From Patescibacteria group bacterium (GTDB lineage: Bacteria; Patescibacteriota; Patescibacteriia; Buchananbacterales; UBA6539), in NCBI GenBank assembly GCA_041662625.1, contig JBAZSB010000001.1, positions 182,467-246,466 on the forward strand: a stretch of 64,000 nucleotides of DNA, read 5' to 3'. The position numbers and the translations under genes are program-made. A model generated the notes under the pieces. It was not told the DNA's origin. It searched no databases and was given only the letters and a program-made list of their open reading frames with translations. Shown piece by piece: positions 28,724 to 38,007 of the stretch. Within the stretch, counting starts at the first letter, position 1. Each line of letters begins with the position of its first letter.

Positions 28724-29329
28724 TTGATGGCTCAATTTCCTGCTTCCGTTAAGGAACTAATTGACCAATTTACTAAATTGCCCGGCATCGGTCCCAAAAC
28801 CGCTGAACGGCTAGTTTTTTATTTACTCAAACAACCAAAAGAAAATTTGGTTAAATTTGGTTTAGCCCTGGAGCATTTGAAAGATAAAATTATCATTTGT
28901 CAGCAGTGTCAAAATTTTTCCGAAACTAATCCCTGCTTGATTTGTAGCGATAAAAAAAGAAACGCAAAAGTAATCTGCGTCGTGGCTACACCTCAAGATT
29001 TATTATCTTTAGAAAAGACTAACGAATACCAAGGCGTTTATCACGTCTTGGGTGGTGTCATCGATCCATTGGAAGGTATCACCCCTGATCAATTGAAGAT
29101 TAGAGAGCTCGTTGAACGGGTCAAAAAAGATGGCATTTTGGAAATCATTTTAGCTTTAAGCCCGGATTTACCAGGTGAAACAACTATGCTTTATTTGACA
29201 AAATTACTCAAACAGATTAAAACTATAAGGATCACTCGTTTGGCTCAAGGTTTGCCAAGCGGCAGTGATCTGGAATATGCCGATGAAGTTACTTTGACCT
29301 CGGCCCTACGGGGTCGAAAAGAGGTCTAG
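28724..29329 (+). CDS. recR: Recombination protein RecR
   Basis: HhH motif LPGIGPKTAERL. Cys4 zinc finger CQQC...CLIC. Toprim domain. Confidence 0.9.
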   Translation: MMAQFPASVKELIDQFTKLPGIGPKTAERLVFYLLKQPKENLVKFGLALEHLKDKIIICQQCQNFSETNPCLICSDKKRNAKVICVVATPQDLLSLEKTNEYQGVYHVLGGVIDPLEGITPDQLKIRELVERVKKDGILEIILALSPDLPGETTMLYLTKLLKQIKTIRITRLAQGLPSGSDLEYADEVTLTSALRGRKEV

Positions 29330-29349
29330 TACCTCTTAGGGAGGAATCC

Positions 29350-29517
29350 ATGGATAGACCATTGAGTGCTATCGGTATTACAGATGCCAATGGAACGACC
29401 CATTTCTATCGGCTAGCCGCCGGTGCGGCTTCAGCGCCGCCTCCGGCAGCTGAGGCACAAGCGGCGCAAAGTCCGACCGAGCCAGCAGAGGCTGTTCACA
29501 GCGAAACAGAACAGTAA
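29350..29517 (+). CDS. Hypothetical small Pro/Ala-rich protein in GC-rich island 1
   Basis: ATG preceded by GGGAGG. It lies directly after recR, inside sequence of about 55% GC. Whether it is coding is uncertain. Confidence 0.25.
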   Translation: MDRPLSAIGITDANGTTHFYRLAAGAASAPPPAAEAQAAQSPTEPAEAVHSETEQ

Positions 29518-29541
29518 ACAACCCTGTTAGGAGGTAAAGTG

Positions 29542-29913
29542 ATGACGAATTCGATTGGCTCAGTGACTGGGCCGAATCGATTCGGCCCACCGTCACCCAA
29601 CCCAGCTGGTCCGGCTGCTCAGCAAAATGGCGTCGGCTTGCAGAGACTCGCTGATACCAGAAAACCGGAGACCGCCCCGGACTTTCGTGAAGAGCTGACT
29701 CGAGCCATAGCTCAAGAGGCAGCAGCTAAGGGAACGACAGTTGTATCCCGTTCTCTAACTGCAACAGTTGGTGATGATGCGCTAAAGCGACGACCTCCTT
29801 ATTGTGGGCGACGCCGTGGCCAGCGCTCCTGCCCGGAAGAAGAGCTAGTCTCTACCGAGCCGGTAGCACCCCCAGTTGCCACCGAGGAACATCAGACCGA
29901 CATCCTGGCATAA
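29542..29913 (+). CDS. Hypothetical 123-aa Pro/Ala-rich protein in GC-rich island 1
   Basis: SD AGGAGGT lies 7 nt upstream of the ATG. The ORF is followed by a GC hairpin and T-run terminator (29924-29955). No family recognised. Confidence 0.35.
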   Translation: MTNSIGSVTGPNRFGPPSPNPAGPAAQQNGVGLQRLADTRKPETAPDFREELTRAIAQEAAAKGTTVVSRSLTATVGDDALKRRPPYCGRRRGQRSCPEEELVSTEPVAPPVATEEHQTDILA

Positions 29914-29993
29914 TCGAAAGCGCCCGATTGAGTTCGAGCGCTTCTTTTTATTATAATATTCAGCCCGGGGTTTACCCGGGCTATTAAGTAAGT

Positions 29994-30302
29994 TTAAATT
30001 TTTTCGATTTGAATCAAGGAATATGGCTGACGATGACCGACCCGTTTTTTGTAGCGGGTTTTGGCTTTGTATTTGACAACTGATATCTTTTTGGCCCGGT
30101 CCTGTTTCAAAATTTTGGCTTCAACCTTGGAACTAAGCAACGGTTTGCCGATTTCCACTTTTTCGCCCTTTTCATCAGTAATTAAAAGTGTATCAAACTT
30201 AACTAAGCTGCCTTCTTTAGCGGGTAGTTTTTCAACTCTGATTTTATCGCCAGCTTTGACCAGATATTGTTTACCGCCGGTTTTAATAACTGCTAAATCC
30301 AT
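29994..30302 (-). CDS. rplU: 50S ribosomal protein L21
   Basis: MDLAVIKTGGKQYLVKAGDKIRVEKL matches the L21 N-terminus. 102 aa. Confidence 0.9.
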   Translation of the reverse strand: MDLAVIKTGGKQYLVKAGDKIRVEKLPAKEGSLVKFDTLLITDEKGEKVEIGKPLLSSKVEAKILKQDRAKKISVVKYKAKTRYKKRVGHRQPYSLIQIEKI

Positions 30303-30384
30303 AAAATAATAAATAATTTATAAGGTATAATCTAGTTTAGCTTGGATTTTAAAATAAGTCAACCCCTTCTCATTAGAACTAAAA

Positions 30385-30422
30385 TTAAAGAAAAAAGCTG
30401 CGATCCATGAGGAAACGCAGCT
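30385..30422 (-). terminator. Rho-independent terminator of the PurF-like gene
   Basis: Hairpin agctgcg-(13-nt loop)-cgcagct followed on the minus strand by a U-run (TTTTTTCTTTAATTTT). Confidence 0.6.
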
Positions 30423-30456
30423 CGAAGTTGTGGGTGGCTCTTGACTGAAACTAGTC

Positions 30457-31917
30457 TCAGTCTTCAATCAACCCATTGCGGTCGATTGGGATGCCAGTCC
30501 AGCAGTAGGTACAAAGCTGGTCTTTTGGTAGGCCAATAGCCGCAACCATGTCGTCCAGTGTCAGGTACTTAAGGCTTGTCGCCTTGATCCAGGTGCCGAT
30601 TTTGGCTACCATCCGGGCATAGTGATCGGAATCTGGATCAAGATAAGCTGAGACATCATCAATTGGTGACCCCTCGAGCTCCAAGATCGACCGGCGCGCG
30701 GCCAGTTCATCGAATTCGCGTGTTGCCCGCAGATTAGGACAGGGCCACATCAAAGGCGGACAGGCTACCCGGATATGGACTTCTTGGGCTCCGAGCTCAT
30801 AGAGGTTTCTTATCCGTTTGTGCAGCTGCGTGCCACGGACAATTGAATCCTCGCAGAAAAGCAGTCGTTTGCCTTCAATCAGTTCCATAACGGGCAGCAA
30901 TTTCATTTCCGCGATCATGTCACGGAGTGCCTGAGTAGCAGGAAGGTAGCTTCGAGGCCAAGTCGGAGTGTATTTCATCAGGGGTCGGCCGAAGAGCATT
31001 CCAGACTTGTTAGCGTAACCAATCGCATGTCCGGTTCCTGAATCAGGAATACCAGCGACAATGTCTACTTCAACATTGTCATGCGAAGCCAGGGCAGCAC
31101 CGCAACGGTTCCGGGCCGGTTCCACACCAATGCCCTCGTAGGCGGAAGCGGGAAATCCGGCGTAAACCCAATTGAAGGCGCAGGTACGGCAATTGCCTTG
31201 GCAGCCCTTTGTCAGAGTGGTTATTCGAGATTGGGATACCTGGACGATTTCGCCGGGTTTGAGGAAATGGTGCGTTTTGATGCCCAGATTGAAGAAGCTA
31301 CTGACTTCTGATGCCAGAGCAACAACTCCGCCATCTCCCCGGCCCAAGACTAAGGGCGAGACGCCGTAACGGTCACGAGCACCGATCATCCGGCCGTCGG
31401 AGAAAATCATGATTAGCGATAGGGACCCGGTAATCCTTGACCACATATGCCGGATTCCTTCAACTAGATCGGCTTTTTCTTCCATCAGGCGGATCACCAC
31501 TTCGGCGATATTGATTTTTCCGTTTTCCCTCAAGGAAAACGAACCTTGGGTCCCCAGTTCTTTTGCCAATTGATTGAGGTTTGGTACCCGTCCGACTGTG
31601 ACAATTGCCACGTCCCCAAAGCGACTGCGATACATCAGCGGCTGTGGGTCACGATCCGAAATAATGCCCAGGCCAAACTTGATTGGCGTCTCCACTGCCT
31701 CACTGCGGCGGATCATTTCGGCAATGTCTTGTTCGAACAGATCCCGGAAATGCTTACCGTCTGAGATGCTATGGATTTCCGACAGGAAAACTTTACCCAT
31801 CAGGAATGCCACGCCGGCGTTTTCCGCGCCTAAGTGGGAATGGTAATCGGTCATATAGAAGATTCTTTTGACGCATTCTTCGGTGGAATGCGCTAAACAA
31901 CCAACGAAGCCGCTCAT
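30457..31917 (-). CDS. purF: Amidophosphoribosyltransferase-like protein (PurF family: class-II glutamine amidotransferase domain plus PRTase domain, with cysteines of the 4Fe-4S type)
   Basis: GARDRYGVSPLVLG...ALASEVSSF matches the GATase-II motifs. LLFCEDSIVRGTQL is the PRTase motif. CAFNWVYAGFPAS and C-terminal CTYCWTG resemble the Fe-S cysteine motifs of B. subtilis PurF. The gene is about 55% GC in a roughly 35% GC genome. Confidence 0.7.
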   Translation of the reverse strand: MSGFVGCLAHSTEECVKRIFYMTDYHSHLGAENAGVAFLMGKVFLSEIHSISDGKHFRDLFEQDIAEMIRRSEAVETPIKFGLGIISDRDPQPLMYRSRFGDVAIVTVGRVPNLNQLAKELGTQGSFSLRENGKINIAEVVIRLMEEKADLVEGIRHMWSRITGSLSLIMIFSDGRMIGARDRYGVSPLVLGRGDGGVVALASEVSSFFNLGIKTHHFLKPGEIVQVSQSRITTLTKGCQGNCRTCAFNWVYAGFPASAYEGIGVEPARNRCGAALASHDNVEVDIVAGIPDSGTGHAIGYANKSGMLFGRPLMKYTPTWPRSYLPATQALRDMIAEMKLLPVMELIEGKRLLFCEDSIVRGTQLHKRIRNLYELGAQEVHIRVACPPLMWPCPNLRATREFDELAARRSILELEGSPIDDVSAYLDPDSDHYARMVAKIGTWIKATSLKYLTLDDMVAAIGLPKDQLCTYCWTGIPIDRNGLIED

Positions 31918-31987
31918 AGTTTTATCCTCCCCTTATCCGTTGAGGTTGATCTGCCAAATTGAAAAAGGGCTACGCCCCTCCGGCTCC

Positions 31988-32016
31988 ATTTTACTTATTT
32001 GTCACTATATTGTCAA
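31988..32016 (-). promoter_or_regulatory. Sigma-70-like promoter driving the PurF-like gene
   Basis: On the minus strand: TTGACA, 17-nt spacer, TAAAAT, then SD AAGGGGAGGA before the ATG. The promoter sequence is AT-rich (host-like) even though the gene is GC-rich. Confidence 0.5.
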
Positions 32017-32018
32017 AT

Positions 32019-33509
32019 CTAAAGAAGTTTAGAAATATAATAGTCAACCGGGGCGAAGTTGTCGGTCAGGATTGGCAGACTGGGATCCAGTTCCAGCGGG
32101 CCTTCCCAGAGGTGTTCCAGTAGTTCCTTTTGCTTGGATGTTGCTTCTTTTACTAGCTCTTGTTTGGTAAGCCGCGTTTGATTTTTGGTAGCAATGAGAA
32201 CTAAGTTTTGATATTTGCCTTGGTTTTCCCCGTTATAATAGCGGGTGGGAAAAAGATAAAGTTGAGGAAAGACTGATTGTAAAGTTTTATATTCCGCTTG
32301 GAATAATTTTGCTTTATCCCCGTCTAAAGCGGCAATAATATTTAAAATGAAGATGCCATCATCAGTCAGTGAGTTATAGATTTTTTCCGCTGCTTCTTTG
32401 GTGGTTAATTGAAACGGAATTGAATAATAAGAGCTGAAGGCATCGCCATAAATCACATCGAATTTTTCCCGGTTATTATTTAAAAAAATTCGGCCATCTT
32501 GGTGGTCAATTTTTAGCCTTGGGTTATCTTGAAGCCAAAAATATTGTTTGGCAACTTCGGTAACTTTAGGGTCAATTTCGACAACTGTCATTAGGGCCTT
32601 GGGAAAACGTTTTAAAAAATCGCGGGGCGCCACATAGGCCCCGCCGCCTAAAGTTAAAGCTTTTTCAATTTTTGGTTTGAATAAGGTATCTAAGCGATAG
32701 AATTGGTGGTAAGAAGCATAAAGTTCATTTGGATTTTTATAGACGCCGGAATGGCTTTCGGTGGCTAAATAAAGAATTCTCACTTCTTCATTATTTTTAT
32801 CAATAGTATCTTTGACAATAATATGATTGTAAGCACTATCACCTTCAAAAACAAATTGTGAGGGCACGAGCTGATTAAGCGACCAAATAATGATCACTAA
32901 TATTAAAGCAATGGCTTTAGTTTTTTTGCCGCCGCCAAGCAAAGCCGTGATTATTAAAACGGCGCTTAGACCGAAAAGAATTTGAGTGCTGCCAAAAGTT
33001 GGGATTAAATAAAACCCGGCCAAAAATGTGCCAGCAATACTGCCAATCGTTGATAAAGCATAAAGATTGCCAGCCACCCCGCCGGAATTTTCAATTTTTT
33101 CTATTTTAAGCCGGAGGGCATACGGTGAAACCATACCGAGCAAAACACTTGGTACAGTAAAAAGAATTAAAGTCGCTAGGATTGAGCCGGTTTTTACCCC
33201 TAATTCTATTGCACTAAATAAAACCAGGTCTTTAATTAAGGTAATAATCAAAATACTTAAACCAGCCGCAAAGATGATAGCGGCTAAAAATTTTAGTTTT
33301 GGGTTATTCGCCGAGAAATGGCCACCTAAATAATAGCCTAAGCTTAGAGCCCCTAAAATTACTCCGATCAGGCTGGCCCAGACAAAAATTGAATTCCCCA
33401 GGTAAGGGGCAAGAATTCTTGAGCCAATGAGTTCTAGAATCATTACCACGGTACCAGCGATAAAAACAATAATTTCCAGCCGACCGATTTTAAATTTTTC
33501 TTTGAGCAT
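32019..33509 (-). CDS. Membrane protein with a C-terminal spermidine-synthase-like (PABS) domain. Second paralog in the window.
   Basis: N-terminal multi-TM region. LTLGGGAY...VVEIDPKVTEVAKQYF...FDVIYGDAF matches the PABS-fold motifs. Confidence 0.6.
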   Translation of the reverse strand: MLKEKFKIGRLEIIVFIAGTVVMILELIGSRILAPYLGNSIFVWASLIGVILGALSLGYYLGGHFSANNPKLKFLAAIIFAAGLSILIITLIKDLVLFSAIELGVKTGSILATLILFTVPSVLLGMVSPYALRLKIEKIENSGGVAGNLYALSTIGSIAGTFLAGFYLIPTFGSTQILFGLSAVLIITALLGGGKKTKAIALILVIIIWSLNQLVPSQFVFEGDSAYNHIIVKDTIDKNNEEVRILYLATESHSGVYKNPNELYASYHQFYRLDTLFKPKIEKALTLGGGAYVAPRDFLKRFPKALMTVVEIDPKVTEVAKQYFWLQDNPRLKIDHQDGRIFLNNNREKFDVIYGDAFSSYYSIPFQLTTKEAAEKIYNSLTDDGIFILNIIAALDGDKAKLFQAEYKTLQSVFPQLYLFPTRYYNGENQGKYQNLVLIATKNQTRLTKQELVKEATSKQKELLEHLWEGPLELDPSLPILTDNFAPVDYYISKLL

Positions 33510-34533
33510 GCGGATGTTTTAATTTATAAATAATTACTAATGTTGCGGCTAAAATTAACATAAATAAAGCTAAAATCCCCAAAGCAATAATTTTTCCTTT
33601 GGATGGCAGGGACAAGGAGGCTAAACCAAAAATTGCTGTTAAAAGGTATAAAAAAATTACGGCTTGGCGGTGGCTTAAACCGATATCTAAAAGGCGGAAA
33701 TGGAGGTGCTTGCGGTCGGCGGCAGCCGGCGAATGACCCTGCCAAAGCCGCCGGATAATTACCCATAAAACATCAAGGATTGGTACGCCCATAATCAAAA
33801 GCGCCGTGGCAATTTTGGAGCCGGAAATTATGGACAGAACTCCGAGCATAAAACCACAAAAGACACTCCCCCCTTCGCCGAGGAAAATTTTAGCCGGATG
33901 CCAATTAAAGACCAAAAAACCTAAACAGGCGCCGGCCAAAATCAAAGCCATAATAGAAGTTCCGGAATACGGAATATCCCAATATAAGCTGACGATAAAG
34001 ATAATTATTGAACCAATAGCGGTAATGCCAGTGGCCAAACCATCCAAGCCGTCAAGAAATTTGGTGGTGTAAATCATTCCCAAAAGCCAAAGAAAGGCAA
34101 TCGCTATTCCCAAGTGGCTGGGAAATTCTAAAATGCCGCCAAAGGGATTGGTAACAAATTGGATTTTTACTCCCCCGGCCAAAAGCAGCAGAACCGCTAA
34201 AAGCGGGAAAAACAATTGCTGAACCGGTTTGAGGTTATATCTGTCATCCAAGTAGCCGCCGATCATTAAAATGCCGCCACCAAGCAAAATCACCAAAATA
34301 TAAATATTAGAGATTCTCAGATCTTGGATATAGCCTAAAGACCAAAAAATAATCGTCGTCAAACTAAAGGTTAAAAAAAGCGCCAATCCGCCTAAAAGTG
34401 GGATTGGTTTGGTATGGATCTTACGGGGGGTTGGTAAATCAACAATATTCAAATTTTGTGCAGTTTTTTTAACTAAAGGAGTTAAAATCAGAGCCAGTAA
34501 GAATGCCAGAACTAAAGGGAATAGATAAAACAT
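33490..34533 (-). CDS. Polyprenyl-phosphate N-acetylhexosamine-1-phosphate transferase (GT4 family, WecA/MraY-like)
   Basis: About 10 TM helices. IHTKPIPLLGG and GGYLDDRYNL match MraY/WecA motifs. Confidence 0.7.
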   Translation of the reverse strand: MFYLFPLVLAFLLALILTPLVKKTAQNLNIVDLPTPRKIHTKPIPLLGGLALFLTFSLTTIIFWSLGYIQDLRISNIYILVILLGGGILMIGGYLDDRYNLKPVQQLFFPLLAVLLLLAGGVKIQFVTNPFGGILEFPSHLGIAIAFLWLLGMIYTTKFLDGLDGLATGITAIGSIIIFIVSLYWDIPYSGTSIMALILAGACLGFLVFNWHPAKIFLGEGGSVFCGFMLGVLSIISGSKIATALLIMGVPILDVLWVIIRRLWQGHSPAAADRKHLHFRLLDIGLSHRQAVIFLYLLTAIFGLASLSLPSKGKIIALGILALFMLILAATLVIIYKLKHPHAQRKI

Positions 34534-34535
34534 GG

Positions 34536-37337
34536 TTATATAACTTTAGCTTTTTCAATCACAATTCTACCGCCGGCTTCTAAAACTATAGTATCGCGCC
34601 GGCCAATTTGCCCGGCCAAAAACGAATTGGCTAAAGGATCTTGAATTCTTTGTTGGATCACCCGGCGCAGGGGTCGGGCGCCGAATTGGGGGTCAAAGCC
34701 GGCCTCAGCCAATTCGGCGATGGCTTGGTCAGTGACTTTAAGCCCAACTCCCTTTTCGGCTAAATTTTTTGCCACCTTATTAATCATTAATTGGGCAATA
34801 GTTTTAACGTCATCCATTGATAGTGGTTTAAATACAATAATTCCGTCAAACCGGTTTAAAAATTCCGGCCGGAAGTACTGATTTAATTCCTGATCCATTA
34901 ATTGTTTTTTGATTTCTTCGATTGGGATATTTTGTTTAACTTTTTCCTGAATAAATTTAGTATTAGCGTTGGAGGTTGCAATAATAATGGTATTAGTGAA
35001 ATCAATAGTTCGGCCCGAATTATCGGTTAAGCGGCCATCGTCCATAATTTGTAAAAAGATATTTAAGATATCAGGATGAGCTTTTTCGATTTCGTCCAAC
35101 AAAATTAAGGAGAAAGGATTTTTTCTTACGGCTTCAGAAAGGTAGCCGCCCTCGTTATCGCTGCCAGAGCCGGCCGGGGCGCCAATCAGGCGACTGATAC
35201 TGGGTTTTTCTTGGTATTCGGACATATCTAAACGAATCATATTTTCCTCAGCGCCGAAATAAACTGCCGCTACAGTTTTGGCTAGTTCCGTTTTACCCAC
35301 ACCAGTTGGTCCAAGAAATAGTAAATTAACAATTGGTCGGGCTTTATCGCGCATTTCCGCCCGCGCCCGACGGAGGCTGGATGCGACCATATCAACTGCT
35401 TCTTGTTGATCAACTACTCGTTCATGAATTTTTTGCTCTAAGTTCAGCAGTTTCTCGGATTCTTCTTTGGTAATTTCGGACAAGGGAATATTAGTTTTTG
35501 CCGAAATTATTAAAGCCACGTCGTTAGCGGTGACCACGCTATTTTTTCCCTTTTGCTCACGAGTGTGGCCAGCTACTTCCTGTAGAATTTCAATGGCCTT
35601 TTCGGGCAAGAAACGATCATGCAAATAGCGGTCAGAAAGTTCAACTATTTGGGCAATAGCATCATAAGAAAAGAATATTTGGCTTTGATATTCAAAGGTG
35701 CCAACTTTGGATTCTAAAATTTGAATCGCTTCATTGCCCGAAACTTCATTAATGTCGACTTTTTCCAAGACATTATCCAAAGAACTTTTGCCCTCGATGT
35801 AGCGGCGATAATCAGGTGGCGTAGTTGTGGCCAAACACATTAGACTATTATTAGCCAGGGTTTGTGATAAGACATCAGCCAGATCAATACTGCCTTTTCG
35901 ACCCGGCGTAATGCCGATCATATTATGAATATCACTAACATATAGAATAATATTGCCTGAGCGACGAATTTCATTGATTACTAGCATTAATCTTTGCTGG
36001 GCTTCTTCCGGGGAGGCGCCACTAACTAATTTGGCAACACTCAAACTGACTAATCTTTTGTCTTTCAGAAATCCCGGGACATTTTCTTCAACCATTCTTT
36101 GGGCAATGCCTTCAATAATGGTATTTTTTCCGACTCCAGGGTTGCCGACTAAAATTGCGCTACTACGAGTTCCCCCCCCGCGCATGATATTAAAAATACT
36201 TTCAATTTCCTTTTCGCGGCCAACGCAGGGCAAAAGATAGCCGTATTGGGCTAAAATCGTCAAATCTTGGCTGAAGGCATCTAAAGTCGGTGTGGCAATA
36301 GCAGTCATAGAGCGATTCATCGTTGACCGCGGCCGCAGGCTTGCTCTTTTGCGAAAATGCTGCCAGTTAGCTTTTAATTGTTTTCTGATTCTCAGCCAGG
36401 CGATGACATTAGTAATTTTATCTGAAGTAACATTTAAGTCATAAAGTAACTCTTTGACTTCATTGTCTGGTGAGACTAAAGCTTCTAGTAATTCAGTGAG
36501 CTCAACTTTTTTTTGCCGTAATTGGAAGGCCAAAAAGTATGCTTGGAAAATAATTTCTTTGACCTGATGGCTTAAAATTACGGCCGCACCCTCTTGTTCA
36601 TATTGGGCGGCTAAAGTATTTCTAATTTTATTTTTTAAAGTGGTAAAAGAAACCCCGAGGCGGCTGAAGATAATCTGGGTTTGGTCGAAAGTCAAAAGCG
36701 AGATGAATAAATGGATTGGGTTAGTCTGGAAGTCTTTGTACCGATTGGTCAATTGCCAAGATTTAGTAATTGCTTGCTCGGCTTCAAAGGTAAAATATTC
36801 AGTAATATTTATTTTTTTATTTTTTGGTAAATTTTTTGCCTCAATCCAGCCTAAAGGCCGAAAATCTAAAGTTTGGGCATGGTATTCTTTTTTTGGGATA
36901 TATTTGATTTTTTCCAATTCTCGATTGAAGCGGTAGACTAAATAGCCGTCAGTTAAAAGTGAGAGCCAAAAAATAAAAAGCTGCCAGTTTCTGATCTGGT
37001 ATAAATACCAAATTGGTGTTCTGACATTAATAAAAGCCACAATTACCCAGCCCAGCATTATTAGTCCCAAGGCGCCAAAGAGAAACAAGGAAAGATTGAT
37101 CAGGTTTTTAACTAATTGTTTAGTTTCATCTTGGGCAATTTGCAAAAAACTAATTTGTTTGTCCCAATAAAGAAGTTCATTGCCGGTCCAGGCCATCATC
37201 CCTAAGCCTTGGCATTCAGAACAAGTTTTTCGTTCTAATTTTCCTTGGCCCTGGCAGGTAGGGCAAGTTAATAATTGAATCTGATTTTTTTTAGAATCTT
37301 TTTCCATTTTAGCTAAAAAACCATAAAAAATTAACAA
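34536..37337 (-). CDS. Membrane-anchored Clp/Hsp100 AAA+ ATPase (ClpC/ClpA-like, two AAA modules) with an N-terminal DnaJ-type CxxCxGxG zinc finger
   Basis: Zinc-finger repeats CPTCQGQG...CSECQGLG. Two TM helices. Clp_N repeats. First AAA module GNPGVGKN, second GPTGVGKTE...LLDEIEKAHPD...ATSN. Confidence 0.8.
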   Translation of the reverse strand: MLIFYGFLAKMEKDSKKNQIQLLTCPTCQGQGKLERKTCSECQGLGMMAWTGNELLYWDKQISFLQIAQDETKQLVKNLINLSLFLFGALGLIMLGWVIVAFINVRTPIWYLYQIRNWQLFIFWLSLLTDGYLVYRFNRELEKIKYIPKKEYHAQTLDFRPLGWIEAKNLPKNKKINITEYFTFEAEQAITKSWQLTNRYKDFQTNPIHLFISLLTFDQTQIIFSRLGVSFTTLKNKIRNTLAAQYEQEGAAVILSHQVKEIIFQAYFLAFQLRQKKVELTELLEALVSPDNEVKELLYDLNVTSDKITNVIAWLRIRKQLKANWQHFRKRASLRPRSTMNRSMTAIATPTLDAFSQDLTILAQYGYLLPCVGREKEIESIFNIMRGGGTRSSAILVGNPGVGKNTIIEGIAQRMVEENVPGFLKDKRLVSLSVAKLVSGASPEEAQQRLMLVINEIRRSGNIILYVSDIHNMIGITPGRKGSIDLADVLSQTLANNSLMCLATTTPPDYRRYIEGKSSLDNVLEKVDINEVSGNEAIQILESKVGTFEYQSQIFFSYDAIAQIVELSDRYLHDRFLPEKAIEILQEVAGHTREQKGKNSVVTANDVALIISAKTNIPLSEITKEESEKLLNLEQKIHERVVDQQEAVDMVASSLRRARAEMRDKARPIVNLLFLGPTGVGKTELAKTVAAVYFGAEENMIRLDMSEYQEKPSISRLIGAPAGSGSDNEGGYLSEAVRKNPFSLILLDEIEKAHPDILNIFLQIMDDGRLTDNSGRTIDFTNTIIIATSNANTKFIQEKVKQNIPIEEIKKQLMDQELNQYFRPEFLNRFDGIIVFKPLSMDDVKTIAQLMINKVAKNLAEKGVGLKVTDQAIAELAEAGFDPQFGARPLRRVIQQRIQDPLANSFLAGQIGRRDTIVLEAGGRIVIEKAKVI

Positions 37338-37686
37338 CTATTTCATAGCCTACTAAAACGGGTAGGAATATCCAGGCTAAAAATAAAATCAGGATTAAAA
37401 TTATCCAAAATAAAAGCAAAATTGACCGGACAATAATTTGAATAAGACGGGCAAAAAAGCTGATGATTCGCCCCTCAATATCATACTGGCCAAACATCGG
37501 CGTAAAAAGATTTTTTATCCAGACAGCGATTCCCAAGACTTCGGCTTGATTTTTGATTTCCTGTAAGCAGCCTAAGCCGACTTTAGCTAACCCTTTGGAA
37601 TACCACCACACAGGCCAATATAAAATATCACCAATTAAATCAATAATGATGTAGCGAATTGAAGTATAAGCAATATTCTTTGGCAT
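37309..37686 (-). CDS. Small membrane protein. It is the first gene after the long GC-rich leader.
   Basis: Hydrophobic 125-aa ORF. It overlaps the start of the Clp gene by 29 nt. Confidence 0.35.
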   Translation of the reverse strand: MPKNIAYTSIRYIIIDLIGDILYWPVWWYSKGLAKVGLGCLQEIKNQAEVLGIAVWIKNLFTPMFGQYDIEGRIISFFARLIQIIVRSILLLFWIILILILFLAWIFLPVLVGYEIVVNFLWFFS

Positions 37687-37719
37687 ATTTGTTTTATATT
37701 ATACCATAAAATTGGCGAA

Positions 37720-38001
37720 ACAAAAAACCGAAGACTTCAGATTAGTTTCGGCTCATTTAAGTGTTTTTCATTTAAGAGAAGGGTCGCCGAGCAGGAAACC
37801 TTTACCTCGCGGTGCGAAGCTGGTTTCCTGCCCAGGCGTATGTGCATTGGGCGCGATTTGGTCCGTTAAGGGATCTTGTTGGGCCGCGTGAGATCGCTAG
37901 CTAGCATTTTCCGCCATCCTATAGGCGGATTCATATCGGCCGTGGCACTCACTTGTCGCCTCTTGCTTGTCCCTTAGTCGTGACCAGACGTTCACCCACA
38001 C
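37720..38001 (-). ncRNA. Candidate structured RNA of about 280 nt (unclassified). It could be a cis-regulatory leader, such as a riboswitch or attenuator, or a stand-alone sRNA.
   Basis: Delimited by a promoter (38008-38036, minus) and an intrinsic terminator (37720-37751). GC is about 55%, against about 35% for the surroundings. A 10-bp helix forms between GCAGGAAACC and GGTTTCCTGC. No plausible ORF. Confidence 0.35.
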
Positions 38002-38007
38002 GAGAAT

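Noticed and set aside
29378-29596. Minus-strand 72-aa ORF inside GC-rich island 1, as an alternative to the plus-strand reading
   Set aside because: It has no SD, whereas the plus-strand ORFs have GGGAGG / AGGAGGT at ideal spacing. GC-rich DNA yields long ORFs in every frame. Left unresolved, not called.
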